In this document: in pieces, positions 1 through 12,354 of the stretch
Layout of the letters: the number at the start of each line of letters is the position of its first letter
Position numbering within the stretch: the stretch's first letter is position 1
DNA from: Bugula neritina
Taxonomy: Eukaryota; Animalia; Bryozoa
Assembly: GCA_964035545.1 (NCBI GenBank)
Contig: OZ037765.1
Location: 33,045,504-33,109,503 of the forward strand
Direction: 5' to 3'
DNA length: 64,000 nt
The notes under the pieces: model-generated
Seen by the model: only the letters and a program-made list of their open reading frames with translations
Told to the model about the DNA's origin: nothing
Database searches by the model: none
Translations under genes and position numbers: made by a program

Positions 1-231
1 ATTCTATTACCCGAGTTCATCTTCAGTGCTCCTAGTGTCTCTCTGTTTTCTCTGACTTGTGTCACTAGCTGGCGGAACTCATATTTACTGTCAAACATGT
101 TGAAACTCAAGAACTAAAAATAACAGAACTTTAGTTTTATAGAAATAATATAATGAAGTATTCTCTCCTATTTCAGCTACTCTCAGCTTTGTTCAGATAT
201 GTTTCATATATACCACGTGTTGTACATTTAG

Positions 232-712
232 GTAGAAGCTCCATACGTCACTCAAACTACGGGACTCCATTCATCAGAGAGCTGGTCAAAACTCTGTACA
301 AACACTCTTCTCACACAGATCTTGCTACTCTGTTTTATCTGGTGAGTGTTTTATACTCTCTTATTGTTCAACTCATCATCACTCCATGAAACTACATAAA
401 GCTCGTCTATACAGCTGTGATACAAATGATTGCTACAACAAACTACACTCTTTGTATCTCAATAAACAGCACAATGTCTCAACAAATAACACTTTCCAAC
501 TTGCTCTGAAATGCTCTGCAGTGACTCATAGCTCTAGTCTGAAAGATATCACATTGCAGGTACAAGACAGAGTCAGAAAAGTGACAAGAAAGCTTGCTGG
601 GACAGAGAGAAATGTTGAGAAGCAGACACCAATGGTATTCAGCACTCTCACTAACATGAGAAAGGTTTTACTGTTTCCCAAATACAAGATCTCTCCTCAG
701 TTTGAGATCTGA
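232..712 (+). CDS. 3' end (last two exons, 232-341 and 560-712) of a caspase-domain gene paralogous to the Roco-caspase gene downstream; encodes the p10 small-subunit region
   Basis: AG/GT-bounded exons translate to GRSSIRHSNYGTPFIRELVKTLYKHSSHTDLATLFYL and VQDRVRKVTRKLAG...KQTPMVFSTLTNMRKVLLFPK. The first has the same size (110 nt) and phase as 61233-61342, and the second aligns to 61832-61981. AATAAA at 858-863. Confidence 0.85.
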
Positions 713-2240
713 TGTATTCTCAGTGAACTGAGCTCTATGTGGTGTAAGCAAGCAGCCCATTTTACAGTGTGTCATACCAGTTTCCTGGTGTCACATCATA
801 TGACACATTGCAGACTGAGAGCACTGTGTGTACATGTCATACAGCCATTATCATGTCAATAAACTGGAGCCCATCAAGTAGTTACTTACCTCTAATAATA
901 TAGTTTTATTCTAATACTGTTGACAATCAATTTAAATCTTTATTCCGCATAGGTTGTGTGTTGTATTTACTATAATAATTACATATCCAACTTAGAGAGA
1001 TCTTGCTTACACTAGCTATACATTTTGATTTTAAAATTGCACCTTGTTGACACTATAACATTTAATTATTATCCCCAAGTAATTGTCAAAATCTGCTAAA
1101 AGTGCTGAGACTGCATTAACTGCTAGTTTATGTGAGTTGCTAATATCTAATTATGTTTATGTTTACATTACACACTACATGAGATATGGACTATGATTTA
1201 GATTTAAAATTTATATCTGCAAGCTCTACGCTATTGTTCACTAGCAAATAGCTTATTTACGAATTTCATGTTATTACTCTCACCGCTTAAAGTAAAACTG
1301 TTGCATTGGATTCGGCTTTTAAATTCAATTTTTTGGTGTGATTCTTTTAGTACCTTATTGCATTGTTTCTGTAATAGTACTTTGCTATACACTTAGTTAT
1401 AGTTTTGAAATATGTTAACATTAGTTCCATGATTTATCTTCCCTAAATAAAACTGTGAGTTGTCTGTCTGTTTTACAATACTTTTCTATTTTGAATTCAT
1501 ACGCATAGCTTTATAGAGATACATGTGACTATATATTTAAGAGCTATAGTTAGGTTAATTTCTTACTTACTCATTGTTATGTTAATTTGGTTTAAATAAC
1601 TTTTTGTGAGCTTCAAAAAGCTATTTAAAAATGCAGCTAGTTGTTTTATAGCTAAGTGATTGAACAAACCAATTCAGGTAAATATAATTTATGATGCTGT
1701 ACGCGTGCCATCTAGTTACTGATTGTAACTATTTGTTATCAACTATCACTTGTCTACTAAAAGCTTTAGAAAAATTAGTTGGATGTTGTATAATATATTT
1801 AAAGGAGTGCATATTGTTGTGCAACGCACAATAGTTATGTGGGCTTTCTAGTGAGTCCAATTAGCATCTATAGTCACTGATAACTCAATAGTAGTTTCAC
1901 TTAGAGTCTTTATTATAACCATATAATACAATGCAAAAATATCTCTATGGATCACTGTAATTGCTACCTTACATAGCTTCTAGTTACGCTCGAACTAACT
2001 ACTCACTGTTCTGCATGGCTTAATACAATCGTTATCTACCAGAGTCTGTGATTGGCAGGAGAGTACGCGTGACGTATAAACCACGCCCCATTACAATATA
2101 TAAAATATATGTATATATAAAATATAAGACATGAAGCTGCGTCATACTAGCATGAAAGATTGTGTAAAATTAGGTGTATGAAGTCTATGTTTTGTGTTTT
2201 AAGTGTATAGAAATATTTATTGCCATGAAGTGATGAGTTT

Positions 2241-2311
2241 ACCCCGTGGTGTAATGGTTAGCACAATTGCTTGCAAGCCGGAGGTCTAGGGTTCGAATCC
2301 CAGTGGGGGCA
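2241..2311 (+). pseudogene. tRNA-derived sequence (pseudo-tRNA or SINE-like head)
   Basis: Pol III A box TGGTGTAATGG and B box GGTTCGAATCC at tRNA spacing. The anticodon stem does not pair. A second, more degenerate copy at ~2752-2805 also ends in GCAATTATTTT. Confidence 0.55.
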
Positions 2312-3239
2312 ATTATTTTTCATGCCGCAGACTAAAAGAAAAATAGCAAGGTGAAATTTGTTACGTTATAAGTTGTAAATTACAAGTGTGAGACGCATAT
2401 GTAGCTAAGTGGAAAAATACTGGGTTTTTATACTTTACCTATATAAGCCAAAGAGGCTAGCTTTTGTGTATTAGCTATAATGAGTGGAGGAAAGCATAAG
2501 CATAGCTGGGATGATATGTGAAAAGCTATTCTGCATTGGGAAAAAGCTTTCGCAGCTTATGTAAAGCCCCAACACCTCTCAACTATCTTAAAGTTCTCCT
2601 AGCTGAACGTTAGCATTCAACTGGCTCCGAGGTTTTGTTGGTCCTCCAGACTTGCCACGATCAGTATTATTAATTATTCATTCATATATGTGAGCATAAT
2701 AAACTAGTATGTTAAGCTTTTGAGGGCTGTTGTTTGGAATCCCGAAGCCCCTGTGCTTGCAAGCCAAAGGTCTGCAGTTCGATTCCATTTGAAGGCAATT
2801 ATTTTACATAAATATAGGCTGGGCTGCATCTGCAACATTTTGGTAAATAGTGGGTTGGGGATGATCCTGTTGTATGTTCTGATAACTTGCAGTAGACTTG
2901 AGACATCACAATATGCTCAAGTGGTTGTTCGCAGTTCGCTGCTTATATCCAGTGCAGTGGACTTTTCAAACACACTTTTTCTCATCTATAATTCTTTTGC
3001 TTTTTGGGTACTAAGTTTTATAAATAAGCTTATTCACATAATAATTCTTGTTCAAATGTTCATTTTTTAGCATCTTCTGTAATATGAATAGAAATCAATG
3101 CCAGAAGTAAGGTCTTGAAATTGCATCTTTTTGAAGATTTACCTCCCCTGTTCAATAGTTAATATTGAGAACAAAACTCTCACTCTCTTGAATACCATAT
3201 ATATATATTCAGTTATTGACTATATTTCACTTTAATAAT

Positions 3240-4307
3240 GAATTTTCTAGGAGTTGCCCTCTTAATTTGAATAATTCTAATGATCACAGAATATAGCTAG
3301 CATTCCTAAATCTATTGCATGGCAGATTGTCAACTCTGAGTCTATAAAACACAGGAATAATATAATTAACATTCCCTACCGTCTTGTGTAAATATAGGAC
3401 ATGGTGTAGATTACATACTGAGCTGGTTACAGATACTGCAGTTTAATTTTCTTTTACCTAGAAATAAGGTGAAATTACATTATAGCTATCACTGCATGGT
3501 GGGACTTTAATAGCTGTTTTAGTATTTCAATTAGATATGTCATGGGTCAATTTCTAACTGTTTTTCTTACTCACTACAGTACACAGAATAATTTTTAAAA
3601 TTATAGTTTGGAGAATTGGAGCTATATGCATACTTGTGAGTGAAAAGTCATTTTAGTGTGATTTCATAACTTTTAGCACATAAAATTATTGATTTTAAAA
3701 ACATTTAGCATGATTGAAATACATAGAATTCATGTTGACCTTTGATTTAACCTGCCATCATCAGTGTCAATGTAACAGTTCTTCATTGATTTATTACTAT
3801 TTTATGTTTATAAAAATCTATATTTATGCAGTTGTTGTACTTATAATTTCTTCTGTCCTTTTGTCTTATGGAATATAATATAAAGCTGGGAGAATAGAAA
3901 GTGTATATAGTTGATATTACTCTACTGTGTTGCTGAGGAAGTAGTGAAATTAGAAATTGATTAATAAGAAGTCAGTAACCTACCAACTGCTAGTCAAATT
4001 ATTGATAAAATAAATATTTACTAGCTGGTGAATTCTAAGGTCCTGCTTTAGATCTTTAAGAACTTTTATCTCAATAAACATGAGAGAGTATTTGACCAGC
4101 AGTATTTTATAGATAATGTGATTAATAATTAGTTTTATAATCTGGTCTATTTAACCCCGTTTATTTATAAGAATTGTAAATTCAAATTTAGTTACAGTTT
4201 CACCCATACATCATGTATAATTATACATAGCAACTTTTAACTATATATACATGTTAATTTTCTATTTTAAAAAGGACTGCTTACTATATAGTAACACAAA
4301 GGCATAA
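3240..4307 (+). repeat. ~1.06 kb non-coding segment duplicated at 62946-64000
   Basis: Colinear near-identity by eye from AATTTTCT.GGAGTTGCCCTC to GTAACACAAAGGCATAA. Both copies lie downstream of a caspase 3' end. Confidence 0.9.
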
Positions 4308-4890
4308 TATAATAAACCACAATTATAATACCTATAATAAATCCACTCTTTGCCAAATTCTTTTTGTGATTTCTTCATAATCTATCAGTGCATTAGTGCA
4401 TTAAATTCCTAAACACACTTTCAAAATTTATATTCAATTTTATTTTGTGTAAATCAGCATATTAATTTCATAAGAAATGAACCAGCAAAAGCCATGATGA
4501 CGTGAAAGTATATTCAACGGCCATATCTATGAGTACCATTACTCAAGACTAGCTAAATAGGGAAGAAAATATCATGTGGTTAGTTGAATCAATATCACAG
4601 ATACAGGAGAATTTAGTGACTAAACAATAATGGACTGTGAAATAACACAAATATAAAAAAGTAAATTAATTCATATGCATAAAAATAAATGTCATCATAT
4701 ATTATATTATAAACAGCACAATTAAATAAAAATTTTGCATAAGAAAATAAACTGCATTTAAAAATGACTACAAAATTGTATTAGTTATAATATCAATAAT
4801 ATCACAAATATTTGGAAGAATGTATCACTAATGAGACACAAAGTAATGTTGGGGGCTCTAAGATGCACACCTCTGGTTTAGGTTCTCAGT

Positions 4891-7800
4891 CTAACTATGA
4901 ATAATGGTTCCTTCACTTACAGCTTTCTGTTTCTTTTTCTTTCTGAAGCTGAGATAAGACAAAATGCTTCTTTTACCAGAAACACTCTTTTTATCTCTGT
5001 TTCCATTTCTGGTTGATCCAAACGCCCAAACTTCTACCTTCCAGCTGTTGTTCTCATGACACTTTCTAATGACCAAGTCAAATATATGTTTACACTGAGC
5101 ATTACTGGAGAGGTCTATGATTAGATGTTGACAAGTGTTTTCACTAGAAATACCAGGTGGTAGCTGGTACTTTGTAATGTTCTCTTCTACTCCCCATAAG
5201 TTTCCTATTACTATTACAGGTACTCCATCACATTCTGGTAAAATATACAAAAACTGAAATAGTAAACCACGGTAACAATAATAGTAACAGTAAGAAAAAT
5301 AGACAATACATGCAAAGATAATAAAAATAACAATTTAAATTACATTGCGTTACAAATATTGCCGCCTAACTATCGCTATGCAATTATTACCTCCACTAAT
5401 TTAGACAAGCCTAGCACAAAATAATTTTGCCATAATTTATATCAATTATACAGTATTGTTTTTTTAATAGCTAAAAATCGAAGCAAATTGAATTGAATTG
5501 AATCGAATTGAAGCAAATAGAATCATGTAATTAGATCGTGGTAAGTTACAAGCACGAGCTAATAAATCAGCAAGTTTCATTACAAGAAAGTTATTATTAG
5601 ATAAGAGTAATAAACAAATATATTATAATAATATGTTTACAATTATTGAAATTTGGACATAAGTTCCTAACCACTAATATATACAATTATATAATATTAT
5701 TATATATATCACATAATCCCCTGGTAATATGAGTTTATAAGTCATCAGTTCTATATATATTATATCATCACTAATTTTAACTACATGGGCCTTGCTATAA
5801 TCTCAATGCTGTCTATTTTTATCTCATGTTATTTTTACACACTGCCCTAATTACTAGGAGAAACTATTGATCTTCTAATCAGAGATAAATTCTAAAATAA
5901 TACCATGAAAACACCTCAGGTAGCTTCAGCATTATGTGGCTTTAAAAACTTTTGTTGGATCTGTTACATGTAAGTCAAATGTAAGTTGCTATACAGAAAG
6001 GATATAAAAGATGTATATCTTTCCTATAATGACTCACAGTGACTTACATCAAACATGTTAATCACTGCTGAATATTGTTTACAGTCATACTTGGTCTAAT
6101 CTTCTCATTGATTATTATTTTGACATTAAACAAAAGCCAATGAAAAACCTTCCAATAAAATGGTGGCCATGCAATGATGATTCCATTAGCTTGAGAAGAA
6201 GTTTAACTAGATGTTCATGTAAGAAGGAAGGGGGTCAACACGTACCTCTCATCTGCTGGACTTGTTTCATGAGGCTACTAGCTTTGACTATACTGCTAGC
6301 ATTGCTCACATTATACACAATAATGATGGCAGTTGCTGAACGAATCCTCAACTCCTTCATAGCCGGGAAGTCCATGGCACCCGCTGTATCCACCAGGTTG
6401 ACAGTTTTATATTTACTATCTGCAACATACAACCAGTGCTTATAATATACATGACAATATAGCTATAATACATGTAACAATATACGTTTAATATGTATGA
6501 CAGTGTAACTATAGTATGTGATAATATATCTATAATATATATCTGAAATGTGTCAATATAGCTATAATATATGACAGTGTAACTGTAATATATGATAATA
6601 TATGTACTTCTAATACGTGGCATTATAAATATAATACAAGACAGTTTATTTATAATATATATATTCTATATATATATATATATAATATATTATAGTTGTA
6701 ATATATGATAATACATCAATAGTGGATGGCATTAAAGTCATAATATATTACAATACTATTATAGCATGTGACAATATCACTATATTACTATATTATAATA
6801 TATGCCAGCTAAACTCTCACAGTACATGGTATCATATAGCTATTAGATGTCACTGCTTGTTGGTATTCATATATTATATATACTTGTGCTGTCTCTGTGA
6901 TAAATACACAAATTCAGTGAACATGTAATCTTGTTGATTTGGTTCAGCTTTGTATTATATCTTATCTGAAGACTTCCACAAACACTAGTAGTGATAACAT
7001 TATCTCCACACAGCTAACAGTAATGGTTTAGGACCACCACTGTATACTCTAATCTCTACAACCACTGAATGACGCAGAGTTTTCACTTATCACTTTACTG
7101 AGTGTTTCCAAGTACATGTAAGTTATGTGGAGTAACACTTGAGCAGTAAACCAGTCACTTGAACTTCAGAATATCCAAATCTAATTACTTTATACTTTCA
7201 AGAGTTGCAGGTTACAGTAGACAGGAAATATTTCCAAATAATTAATTATAGAGAGTAGAACTGCAATGACTGGGCGACAGAAATTAACCAATTAAGTCAA
7301 TTATGAGCCCAGAAAAGCACTGATTAGAAAAAAAGCTGTCAAATAAAAAGCAAAGCTATTATTTCTAGCTTGACTCCAAGTATAAGTACAGCTTTTCTTT
7401 GCTGTAAAACCTTGCCCTCTAACAAAGACATTTCTATGTTTCAGTTGTGGCGCTAGTTATAGCATTTCTTTTTGGCATTTCTATTTTTTTCAAGCCTTGG
7501 AGTAACCTAGCCTAAAATTCTTTGTAATTGTGATTGAGCAGGGCACGTGTGTTCACTAACTCAATATTGTTGACAGTTTGATTTGACTACAACCAGAATA
7601 AGCTACATACTAGTAACTGATAGTTTAGAGATGTCACCATCACCTGGTAACTCACTCAGCACTAATATGTGTTGAATATTTACAGTCTGAACCTGGTATC
7701 TGATGTCTACTAAATAATATATAGTTTAATATCTACTCACCAGGTAGTCTGGTCAGAGTGGAGTAACAATCTTCTATTGTAGGTTTGTAACTGCTTTTTA

Positions 7801-7915
7801 GAATGTTGAAGATGCATTGAGATACAAAGACAGTCTTTCCAACCTTAGCATCTCCCAAGACTACGATGTTGTACTGAGACTGCTGCCTGATGCCGTTTCG
7901 TGAGTCTATTCTCAT
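4891..7915 (-). CDS. atypical Ras-family small GTPase (DIRAS/RASD-like), 3 coding exons: 7915-7741, 6419-6246, 5234-4891; 230 aa
   Basis: G1 GDAKVGKT, G2 YKPTIED, G3 DTAG followed by FPAM (typical of DIRAS/RASD). Both introns are GT-AG and phase 1, and the joined CDS is 693 nt without internal stops. G4 reads GNLW instead of NKxD; polybasic tail but no CAAX. Confidence 0.85.
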
Positions 7916-7926
7916 CTCCAGAAGAC

Positions 7927-8188
7927 TAGTGTACTGTAGTTAGTATACTGTAGTTAGTGTAGTGTAGTTAGTGTACTGTAGTTAGTGTACTGTAGTTAGT
8001 ATACTGTAGTTAGTGTAGTGTAGTTAGTGTACTGTAGTTAGTGTACTGTAGTTAATTAGTATACTGTAGTTAGTGTACTGTAGTTAGTGTACTGTAGTTA
8101 GTGTACTGTAGTTAGTGTACTGTAGTTAGTGTACTGTAGTTAGTGTACTGTAGTTAGTGTAGTGTAGTTACTGTACTGTAGTTAGTAT
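7927..8188. repeat. 14-bp minisatellite (TAGTGTACTGTAGT)n
   Basis: Direct tandem copies just upstream of the GTPase start codon. Confidence 0.95.
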
Positions 8189-8668
8189 AACACTATGAAG
8201 TAGGTTACACTGTATACTCACTATATAGTAACAGGTAGTGTATATACACTGTCAGTATGTTGTATTGTGTGTACATGTATGTGATAGTACTCTATATTAT
8301 ACTCTACATACTACTACGTCACTGATACTATCTGTAAACCATTGTCTCATATTACTCTATTCAATGTCATGCCTCTCTCACCCAATCAACTGGCTTCTTG
8401 CTTTCATTCAACTGTCAGGAAGTGATGTAGAGATTGTTGAAGCTCTGAATGAAATTCATTGCCTCCGATTGATGTCTTCATCTAACTCATTAACATGAAC
8501 TTTCGCTCCATTTGCTTATTCTAAAAATAGCAGAGATTCAACTAATGAGATGCTCTGTCACTTGTGAATTTAGAGATTTGGAGGTTTCTCAGTGGTGATT
8601 ACAGTTTACTTCAAGTCTGTTTTTATAATATAAAGTATATTCAGCATCCATAATGGCTTCTGCATGTC

Positions 8669-8819
<151 letters not shown>

Positions 8820-9003
8820 GCTATATATTATGCTGTTTTACCATACACTGTTATATACATAAGTATATGTTATACTATTCATTGTTATACATATGCACTG
8901 CTTACTTATATCCATTATTATGCACACACTGTTAAAATATATATACTGATATACTATACACTGTTGAATATATTAAAAACTGTTATGCTTCACACCCTTA
9001 TAC

Positions 9004-9780
9004 TAGATATACACTGTTACACTAACTATAATATTATATACTGTAGATATACACTGTTATACTAACTATAATATTATATACTGTAGATATACACTGTTAC
9101 ACTAACTATAATATTATATACTGTAGATATACACTGTTACACTAACTATAATATTATATACTGTAGATATACACTGTTACACTAACTATAATATTATATA
9201 CTGTAGATATACACTGTTACACTAACTATAATATTATATACTGTAGATATACACTGTTACACTAACTATAATATTATATACTGTAGATATACACTGTTAT
9301 ACTAACTATAATATTATATACTGTAGATATACACTGTTACACTAACTATAATATTATATATACTGTAGATATATATACTGTTATACTAACTATATTATAT
9401 ACTGTAGATATACACTGTTATACTAACTATAATATTATATACTGTAGATATACACTGTTATACTAAATATAATATTATTATATACTGTATAAGATATACA
9501 CTGTTATACTAACTATAATATTATATACTGTAGATATACACTGTTATACTAACTATAATATTATATAATGTAGATATACACTGTTATACTAACTATAATA
9601 TTATATACTGTAGATGTACATTGTTATACTAAATATAATATTATATACTGTAGATATACACTGTTATACTAACTGTAATATTATATACTGTAGATATACA
9701 CTGTTATACTAACTATAATATTATATACTGTAGATATACACTGTTATACTAACTATATTAATTACTATAATATACTGTAG
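9004..9780. repeat. 40-bp minisatellite (TAGATATACACTGTTAYACTAACTATAATATTATATACTG)n
   Basis: Period of 40 visible (lines repeat every 120 nt). Confidence 0.95.
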
Positions 9781-11270
9781 ACTTATATACTATAGTTTAG
9801 CTTTCCATAATTGATACAAGCATTAAACACTCCTACTTATACACAGTATATAGTAGCACTAAATATATATTACATGTGTAACATATATACTTGTCTGTAA
9901 ATGCATTTTGAGTTAAAAATTAAAATGAGTTTTTATGTTAGATAAATATTGTTATGCAAAATATTTATTTTCTTATTTTTATTTATGGTTCTCATAGCAT
10001 TACTCTAAGGAAACTTTTTAGCATTCAAGACAAAATATAGGAGATATTAGAGAGTCTTTAAAGTGACATAATCCTATAATATAATCTGTCATGTAGGCAC
10101 ACATTATAAGAGTTAGGTAGTGACATGCTGTTAAACTGAGTATATAATTAATACTTTTCTGCTAATAAGGACTCTGTATACTCATATTATGAAAAGTGTT
10201 TTTATTCCTATGCACATCTAACAGGGCTTTGAAATATCTGAAAACATAAACTCAGTCACTTAAGGTAAGTAAAACCTACAAAAACAAAAATTAGCCATGC
10301 AACTATTGAAATTAGAATAATGTGTAAAATACGCGTAACAATAGAGTCTTGTTTACAATATAAAATGTATAATCACCTAGCAAGCACCATTCATGACGTT
10401 GAAATGTGCCTAAAAAAATAATATTGCTCTTTGAAATAGCTTTCATGTAGCTTAGCAACTGCAAACTACTTTCAATACCAATAGACCCCCCACTTTAGGC
10501 ATGTATACGCATTGATTTATTATATTATTAGTCTCCCAGCAGTGAAGATGGAGACTGTTACTCCATTTTCTCTTCATCTCAGAACAAGATCTCTCTTTCA
10601 GGTTATCTCCACATACTGACACTATATCAGGGGGTAATACGGAACATGCAGGTATGTCTTATTCTAGTAGTACTGTGAAGCTATTTGAACTCAGTAAGTA
10701 GTTTAGGTGAGCTGAAGTATAAAATGACGGTTTATTAAGAGTAATAGTTGAGTATTCCGCGCAACTTCACTATTTCTGTGGGAAACAGAATGAATGGGGC
10801 AGAGTAGATGTTATACAGTTGAATGGAAAACCACATTTAGCAAATATTCCAAAACATGCTGGCAAGAGGGGAAGTGAATGTTGACCTAATCACAGTTGCT
10901 AACATTACATACTAAAATCTGATTAGTTACTCTGTTTACCCAGATTTAGTGTGTGCATATGTATAAATTGGATTGATAACGTAACAATTAGAAGAGATTT
11001 GATATACTCTGTAGTTGCCCGAGATATTTATGGAATATAGTATTATTTCCTATGCGTTTAGTTGTCAAGTTGTTGTATATTACATTTAATGTCAAATCAT
11101 AGCAACATCAGCTGCATGGTAACAGCTGTATACAACATATCAGTGACAGCATTGCACACGCCTAATCTTATGATATACAGTCTGCCTATTTTTATTTTTG
11201 GGTTTACATAGTTCTTCAAATTTGCTAAGTAAATTATAACTATTTAGTTAATGTAAGCACCGACAGTTAT

Positions 11271-12228
11271 ACTACTTACTGTAGACACACAGACAGACTA
11301 CTTACTGTAGACACACAGACATACTACTTACTATAGACACATAGACAGACTAATTACTGTAGACACACAGGCAGAATACTTACTGTAGACATACATACAG
11401 ACTACTTACTGTAGACACAGAGACAGACTACTTACTGTAGACATACAGACAGACTACTTACTGTAGACATACATACAGACTACTTACTGTAGACACACAG
11501 ACAGACTGCTTACTGTAGACACACAGACATACTACTTACTGTAGACACACAGACAGACTACTTACTGTAGACACAGAGACAGACTACTTACTGTAGACAA
11601 ACAGACAGACTAATTACTGTAGACACACAGACAGACTGCTTACTGTAGACACACAGACAGACTACTTACTGTAGACACACAGACAGACTACTTACTGTAG
11701 ACACACAGACAAACTACTTACTGTAGACACACAGGCAGAATACTTACTGTAGACATACATACAGACTACTTACTGTAGACACATAGACAGACTGCTTACT
11801 GTAGACACAGAGACAGACTACTTACTGTAGACACACAGGCAGAATACTTACTGTAGACATACATACAGACTACTTACTGTAGACACACAGACAGACTGCT
11901 TACTGCAGACACAGAGACAGACTACTTACTGTAGACACACAGACAGACTACTTACTGTAGACACACAGAGAGACTACTTACTGTAGACACACAGACAGAC
12001 TACTTACTGTAGACAAACAGACAGACTAATTACTGTAGACACACAGACAGACTGCTTACTGTAGACACACAGACAGACTACTTACTGTAGACACACAGAC
12101 AGACTACTTACTGTAGACACACAGGCAGACTACTCACTGTAGACACACAGACAGACTACTTACTGTACACACACAGACAGACTACTTACTGTAGACACAC
12201 AGACTGGCTACTTACTGTAGACACTACT
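11271..12228. repeat. 26-bp minisatellite (ACTACTTACTGTAGACACACAGACAG)n
   Basis: Direct tandem copies with minor variants. Confidence 0.95.
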
Positions 12229-12354
12229 TGTTGTATAGCAGTCATTGTTGTCAAATTATTGAGTATAAGATAGTTTACATATATAAGTGGGGTACTATAA
12301 TACAGGTTGAGACAAATTGCATAATCCATGCACTAGCAACACTTTGGTACATAA

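Noticed and set aside
2241-2311. Functional tRNA-Cys(GCA)
   Set aside because: The anticodon stem (ATTGC/CCGGA) cannot pair and the acceptor stem is imperfect, so it was kept only as a tRNA-derived sequence.
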